From: an uncultured Candidatus Micrarchaeota archaeon | GTDB lineage: Archaea > Micrarchaeota > Micrarchaeia > Micrarchaeales > Micrarchaeaceae | Assembly: GCA_963741095.1 (NCBI GenBank) | Contig: CAVUGN010000005.1 | Coordinates: 32,001-96,000 of the forward strand | DNA: 64,000 bases | Reading direction: 5' to 3' | Shown here: in pieces, positions 59,191 through 64,000 of the stretch | How the letters are laid out: each line of letters opens with the position of its first letter | Position numbering within the stretch: the first letter of the stretch is position 1 | Notes under the pieces: generated by a model | The model's database searches: none | What the model saw: only the letters and a program-made list of their open reading frames with translations | Told to the model about the DNA's origin: nothing | Made by a program: the position numbers and the translations under genes

Positions 59191-59466
59191 TTATGCGTGC
59201 TTCTTCATCAGCTTCAGGTGCAGCGAGAGCACGAAGCCGTACACTATCACGAACAGTGCCAGCAGCACCATCGCCCAGCCGAAGAATGACATAATGTCAG
59301 CGACGGTCGGGAATGCGGTGAGCAGCAGCACGCCGAGTATGAAGACGAATATGCCCCAGTACACTGCGCGGTACACTTCCCACCCGCTCTGCTTCTCCCT
59401 GAAAAGCGCGTGCTTTTCGATCTGCATCGTCGGGTCAATTGCTATCGTAACTTTCCGTTCAGCCAT
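59191..59466 (-). CDS. Small membrane protein
   Basis: Two TM segments. Confidence 0.7.
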   Translation of the reverse strand: MAERKVTIAIDPTMQIEKHALFREKQSGWEVYRAVYWGIFVFILGVLLLTAFPTVADIMSFFGWAMVLLALFVIVYGFVLSLHLKLMKKHA

Positions 59467-59572
59467 TGCATCACGCGTATATATTAAAACGAAGATTTAA
59501 AAAGACTCGTTTGTTCCGCTAATCGATGCCACTGACGTGCAGTCGGTTTTATCTACTTATACGGCATATTCA

Positions 59573-60373
59573 ATGCGTGGTCGTTTGGTCAGGAGGCTGG
59601 GCAAGAGAAAGAGGCAGGAACGAGAGGAGTACGCCTTCAAGGGGCACAGGACGGTAGATACCGGCATATTCAACGACGAGACGATGGTCTACCTGAGCAA
59701 GTTCTTCGACAAGGGCATCATAAGCAGGATAGTCTTCATAACCGCGAGGGGCAAGGAGGCGGACCTTTATCTTTGCGAGCCGGGCCTATCGGAGACGGTG
59801 AAGAAGGCCAAGTTCGTGGTGCTGAAGTTCTTCCGGATCGAGACCTCGTCGTTCTACACGATGACCGACTACATAATCGGCGATCCCAGGTTCGGAAGGA
59901 TGAACAGGAGCAAGAAGGGCACGATCAAGATATGGTGCAGGAAGGAGTACGGCAATCTTCAGATAGCGAAGGAGGCGGGCGTGAATGCACCAATTCCTTA
60001 CATGTCGAACGGCAGCATTCTGGCAATGGAGTTCATAGGCAGCGACGAGGGAGTGCCGGCGCCTACGCTTAGGCGTTCGGAGCTTACGAACCCGAAGAAG
60101 ACCATGAAAACGATAATAGACGACGTCAGGAAGCTCTACGAAAAGGAGCTGGTGCACGCGGATCTTAGCGAGTACAACATCCTCATGAAAGAGGACACGC
60201 CCTATCTAATCGACTTCGGGCAGGCTGTCGTGATCAGGCACCCCAACGCGATGATGTTCCTTAGGAGGGATGTCAACAACATCCTGCAGTACTTCTCAAG
60301 GCAGTACTGCATAGAAAAGGATCTTGATAGCGTACTGGGTTATGTCACAGGCACAAGAACGGCTTATGACTGA
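59573..60373 (+). CDS. rio1: RIO1-family atypical Ser/Thr kinase
   Basis: GKEA, YIIGDPRF, WCRKEY.NL, LVHADLSEYNIL, IDFGQAV. Confidence 0.93.
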   Translation: MRGRLVRRLGKRKRQEREEYAFKGHRTVDTGIFNDETMVYLSKFFDKGIISRIVFITARGKEADLYLCEPGLSETVKKAKFVVLKFFRIETSSFYTMTDYIIGDPRFGRMNRSKKGTIKIWCRKEYGNLQIAKEAGVNAPIPYMSNGSILAMEFIGSDEGVPAPTLRRSELTNPKKTMKTIIDDVRKLYEKELVHADLSEYNILMKEDTPYLIDFGQAVVIRHPNAMMFLRRDVNNILQYFSRQYCIEKDLDSVLGYVTGTRTAYD

Positions 60374-60660
60374 GGTTTATCATTCTTTGTTGCATCCTCG
60401 ACCGACTTCTTGGCGCTTTTTGCGGCGTCGGAGATTGTAGATTTGTTGTATGCTCCGAGCAGGTTTTTGTAGCTCAATGCTGCAGGATTTCCCCGCGGGC
60501 ACATGTACTGGATGTCGTATCTGAGTGACCGTGCAAGCTCTTCGATTTTGTCGATAGGCACGCCAGTCAGCTTCGTCATGTCAGCCTGCCGGACGAACGC
60601 CTTTATCGCATCGGCTCGCTCCGGAGTCATCCTTCCTTCATTGTTCGCGTTTTTGCCCAT
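60364..60660 (-). CDS. 98-aa protein with the ankyrin-family leader but no ankyrin repeats
   Basis: NANNEGRMTPERADAIKAFVRQAD leader. Confidence 0.8.
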   Translation of the reverse strand: MGKNANNEGRMTPERADAIKAFVRQADMTKLTGVPIDKIEELARSLRYDIQYMCPRGNPAALSYKNLLGAYNKSTISDAAKSAKKSVEDATKNDKPQS

Positions 60661-60661
60661 C

Positions 60662-61609
60662 TCACTTACCCTTTGCCGCAGCTTCGAGCAGCTTCCTTGT
60701 CTCTTCGTCCTTTGCGTAATCCGCTGCCGTCTTTCCCATAACGTCTTTTATGCTCACGTCTGCGCCGTTGGCCAGCAGCGTCTTGATGACCTCTTTGCGT
60801 TCATTTTTTGTGGCGGATATCAGCGCCGTGCCGCCGTAGTCAAGGTTCGGATGGTTTACATTCTCGCCGTTCTTCAGCAGCATGAGAACAGTCTTGTTGC
60901 AGCCGTCCTGAGCGGCATAGGATAACAGAGTATCACTGGCAACCGCCCTTATGCTTGGATCTGCCCCGTGGCTCAGCAGCATTTCAGCGATCTCGACGTT
61001 GGTAAGTTCCAGAGCGTGCATCAGGGCGTTATCGCCGTACTTGTCCTTCACATCGAGGTCCGGATTCCTCTCCAGCAGTACTTCGACAACCAGTTTGTAG
61101 CCCTTTGTCGAGGCCATCATCAGCGCGGTCCTGCCCTCATCATCCTGGGCGTTCACGTTCGCGCCGCTGTCCAGCAAAATCTCGGCGCCTTTGTCATTGC
61201 CATGGTACGCAGCGGCCATCAGCGCCGTAAAGTTGGTGCTCAGGATGTCACTGTCCCGCAAGTTAACGTCGGCGCCTTTGTCTATCAGCAATTTCAGGAT
61301 ATCGTTGTTGCGATACATTGCAGCTCCCAGTAGCGGTGTGCCCCCATCCTTTGCAATCGTGTTTATGTCCGCACCGCGGCTTATCAGCTCATTGATCCTA
61401 TCGACTGATACTGATTTTTTTATTGTTTCATGGATCAGTTCTACCCCAAGCGCCTTCGCCTCTTCGTCCTGCCTTCTCAGGCTCTCCCTTATACCCCTGA
61501 GTTCCGCGCCTGCCGTATTGCCGGATTCATCGATCTTGTTGAGGTACGCTTTGAGCGCTTCCACTCTGTTTGTGGTCATTTTCCCGTTGTGGTCCGCGTT
61601 TTTCTCCAT
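60662..61609 (-). CDS. Ankyrin repeat protein with conserved leader
   Basis: G.T.L..A repeats; NGKMTTNRVEALKAYL. Confidence 0.92.
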   Translation of the reverse strand: MEKNADHNGKMTTNRVEALKAYLNKIDESGNTAGAELRGIRESLRRQDEEAKALGVELIHETIKKSVSVDRINELISRGADINTIAKDGGTPLLGAAMYRNNDILKLLIDKGADVNLRDSDILSTNFTALMAAAYHGNDKGAEILLDSGANVNAQDDEGRTALMMASTKGYKLVVEVLLERNPDLDVKDKYGDNALMHALELTNVEIAEMLLSHGADPSIRAVASDTLLSYAAQDGCNKTVLMLLKNGENVNHPNLDYGGTALISATKNERKEVIKTLLANGADVSIKDVMGKTAADYAKDEETRKLLEAAAKGK

Positions 61610-61610
61610 T

Positions 61611-62561
61611 TCACTTGCCCTTTGCGGCGTCCTTGAGCATCCTTTCGATGTTTTTGTTGCTCTGCGCGTAATAAGCGGCCGTATGGCCGTCTTTGTTCTT
61701 CACGCGAGCATCGGCACCATTCTCCAGCAGAAGCTTGACGATCTTTTCATGCCCGAGCTCTGACGCGTCGAAGAGCGCCGTCTTGCCCCTATCGTCCTGC
61801 GCGTTCACATCGACTTTGTATTTCAACAGCAGCCCGACAAGCCTCTCTTTGCCGCAGCACGCTGCGCCGCTCAGCGCGGTCAAGCCAGAGTTGGTTTTCA
61901 GGTTCGGGTCGGCGCCGTTCTCCAGAAGGGTCTTGAACACTTTTTCGTGGCCCTTGTCTGCGGCCCACATCAGCGGCGTCAAGCCGCTGTTTTTCTCCCG
62001 GTTGTTCACGTCGGCGCCGTGGCTTATCAGCAATCTTAAGAGATCGTCAGAATTAACCAGCGTGGCATTAACCAGCGCGGTCTCGCCGTCTTTGTTCTTT
62101 AGGTTGATGTCCGCGCCCCAGTTTATCAGCATCCTTGCAACTTCGCCTTTGGCGTTGTATGAAGCGCGCATCAGCGCAGTGTCGCCCGCTATGTTCTGGA
62201 TGTCGATGCCGGCACCGAGCTCCAGCAATGTTTCGACGTTTTTTGCGAACTCATAGACTGAGGACATGATCAGCGCAGTGTCGCCCTGATTGTCCTGCGC
62301 GTCGATGTTCGCGCCCTTGGCCACCAGTTCCCTGATTTTGTCGGTGTTCCGGCCTTGTGAATGCGCTTCCGACCAGAGTGCCCTGTTAAGTGCGTCCTGT
62401 TCTTTTTCATCCAGAAGGGGCCTTGGGGCGCTGCGCTTCAACTTTGCAATCTCCTTGTTGACTCCAGTGCCCAACGGCCCGTCGGCCTGCCGTACGAATT
62501 CCTTCAGCACTTCCACTCGCTGCGGCGTCATCTTTCCGTTATTCGGTAAATTTGTCTCCAT
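61611..62561 (-). CDS. Ankyrin repeat protein with conserved leader
   Basis: Ankyrin repeats; NNGKMTPQRVEVLKEFVRQADG; start METNL. Confidence 0.92.
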   Translation of the reverse strand: METNLPNNGKMTPQRVEVLKEFVRQADGPLGTGVNKEIAKLKRSAPRPLLDEKEQDALNRALWSEAHSQGRNTDKIRELVAKGANIDAQDNQGDTALIMSSVYEFAKNVETLLELGAGIDIQNIAGDTALMRASYNAKGEVARMLINWGADINLKNKDGETALVNATLVNSDDLLRLLISHGADVNNREKNSGLTPLMWAADKGHEKVFKTLLENGADPNLKTNSGLTALSGAACCGKERLVGLLLKYKVDVNAQDDRGKTALFDASELGHEKIVKLLLENGADARVKNKDGHTAAYYAQSNKNIERMLKDAAKGK

Positions 62562-62562
62562 C

Positions 62563-63105
62563 TCACTTCGCCTTGACCGCATTTTCGAGCAGCTTCTTTA
62601 TGCTATTCTTTATAGTGTGATCCGCTGCGGTCCTGCCGTCCTTGTCCTTCATGCTCGCGTCTGCGCCGTTGTGCAGCAATATCTTGGCAAGCTCATCGCT
62701 ATTGTTCCAGGTAGCGCGCATCAGCGCGGTCCATCCGTTTTTGTCGGTCATGTTCACCTCGGCGCCGTTGCTCAGCAGCATCTTGACAACTTCGGCATGC
62801 TTGTGCAGAACAGCCATCATCAGCGGCGTCCTGCCGTGCAAGTCTTTAACATCAACTTCGGCCCCTTGCCGTATCAGCTCCCTGATTTTGTCGGTGTCCG
62901 CATACCGCATTGATATCTTATCGAACAGTTTTAGCCCGAGCTCCCTTGCCTCCGAGCTCGCGGCGTCTTTCCTTGTTAAGCCCATCCCCGCAGCCTGCTT
63001 GCTTATTTCGGTGCCTGAAGACCCTTCGGCTTGGCGGATGAATGCCTTTATCGCTTCGACTCGCTGCGCGTTCATCTTTCCGTTCTGGTTTGCGTTAGTA
63101 GTCAT
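62563..63105 (-). CDS. Ankyrin repeat protein with conserved leader
   Basis: GRTPLMMA, GWTALMRA; NGKMNAQRVEAIKAFIRQAEG. Confidence 0.92.
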   Translation of the reverse strand: MTTNANQNGKMNAQRVEAIKAFIRQAEGSSGTEISKQAAGMGLTRKDAASSEARELGLKLFDKISMRYADTDKIRELIRQGAEVDVKDLHGRTPLMMAVLHKHAEVVKMLLSNGAEVNMTDKNGWTALMRATWNNSDELAKILLHNGADASMKDKDGRTAADHTIKNSIKKLLENAVKAK

Positions 63106-63841
63106 AGGGCCTGCCCTCTATTGCGTTACGTAGCAACTTCTGTATGCCTAGGTCATCTGTGAGCTTCTCGGCAGTCATGCCGTACTCCCACTCCTGAGCA
63201 GGGTCGGCGCCGTGCTCAAGCAACATCCTGACGATTTCGGCGTGGCGGTTCGTTGCGGCTGACAGCAACGGTGTCCATTTGTTGTTAGCCATTGTATCTG
63301 GATTGGCGCCGCTTTCAAGCAGCATTTCGGCAATCTTGGGATGCCCTACGTGGGCAGCAATCCCCAGAGCGGTTTTGCCATTTTTGGCTGTTGAATTCAC
63401 ATTCGCCCCATAGTCCAACAGCATCTTTGCAATCTCTTCCTGATTGTGTCTCGCAGCGTGCAGCAGCGCAGTCTCGCCATCCCTATCTTTTACATCAACA
63501 TCAGCGCCGCCGCGTATCAGTATCTCAGCAAAATCCTTAAGACCGCTGACCGTAACCCACATCAGCGCGGTGGTGTCGGCGTATTCTTTTATATCCAAGT
63601 CTGCCCCGCGATCTACGAGCGCACGGACCTTGTCAAGATCGGGTTTATCTTCATGCGTTTCTTTGAGTATCTCATCCCCCAGCGCTTTCGCCTCCTTTTC
63701 GCTGATGATAGGTCTTATCGGATTGCTCCTCATCTTCGCGATCTGCTTGGTGGCCATGCCTTCCGACTGCCGAACGAACGCTTTTAGCGCGTCCACTCTG
63801 TCTGTAGTCATCTTTCCGTTCTTGTTTGCGCTTGCTTCCAT
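63095..63841 (-). CDS. Ankyrin repeat protein with conserved leader
   Basis: Ankyrin repeats; NGKMTTDRVDALKAFVRQSEG; start MEASA. Confidence 0.92.
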   Translation of the reverse strand: MEASANKNGKMTTDRVDALKAFVRQSEGMATKQIAKMRSNPIRPIISEKEAKALGDEILKETHEDKPDLDKVRALVDRGADLDIKEYADTTALMWVTVSGLKDFAEILIRGGADVDVKDRDGETALLHAARHNQEEIAKMLLDYGANVNSTAKNGKTALGIAAHVGHPKIAEMLLESGANPDTMANNKWTPLLSAATNRHAEIVRMLLEHGADPAQEWEYGMTAEKLTDDLGIQKLLRNAIEGRPYDY

Positions 63842-63842
63842 C

Positions 63843-64000
63843 TCACCTACCCTTCGCGGCACGTTCAAGAAGCTCTTTCATGTCTTTGGTCTTGGCGTAG
63901 TCCAGGGCAATCCTGCCCTGCGGGTCTTTTACGTTCACGTCGGCAAGGCTGCTTATCAGTTTCAAAGCGATCTCGTAATTGCCTGCCTCTGAGGCCATCA
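63843..64000 (-). CDS. Ankyrin repeat protein, C-terminal part (gene begins beyond the window)
   Basis: Manual translation ...ADVNVKDPQGRIALDYAKTKDMKELLERAAKGR*. Confidence 0.82.
   Translation of the reverse strand, partial: MASEAGNYEIALKLISSLADVNVKDPQGRIALDYAKTKDMKELLERAAKGR

Overview
Archaeal chromosome segment, most likely DPANN/Micrarchaeota. This is inferred from the split RNAP A'' subunit, Sm/Lsm, Hjc, NMD3, RIO1, SecD/F, 'QSAMEYLMTYGWA'-type pilins and a tRNA with a T-loop BHB intron. Housekeeping genes alternate with accessory modules. (1) All three tRNAs (Ala-GGC, Phe-GAA, intron-containing Cys-GCA) have a 13-bp copy of their 3' end downstream, delimiting islands of about 1.1, 2.4 and 9.3 kb with no integrase in view. 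The Cys island is AT-rich and encodes a TrpRS, a divergent TrpRS-like protein and sugar/nucleotide-modifying enzymes. (2) Two tandem 5-6 kb cassettes are anchored on a duplicated Fe-S protein gene. Each has a large Lrp/AsnC-like regulator, convergent Gly-rich micro-ORFs (7-13 aa, M-x-D-G-G...G) with a repeated promoter, a conserved structured leader, and a secreted repeat protein with a variable C-terminus followed by a membrane protein. (3) A family of mostly ankyrin proteins shares a conserved ~25-aa non-hydrophobic N-terminal leader; members flank a MoxR/vWA pair and form a translationally coupled array at the window end. All calls come from reading sequence motifs; no searches or folding programs were run.
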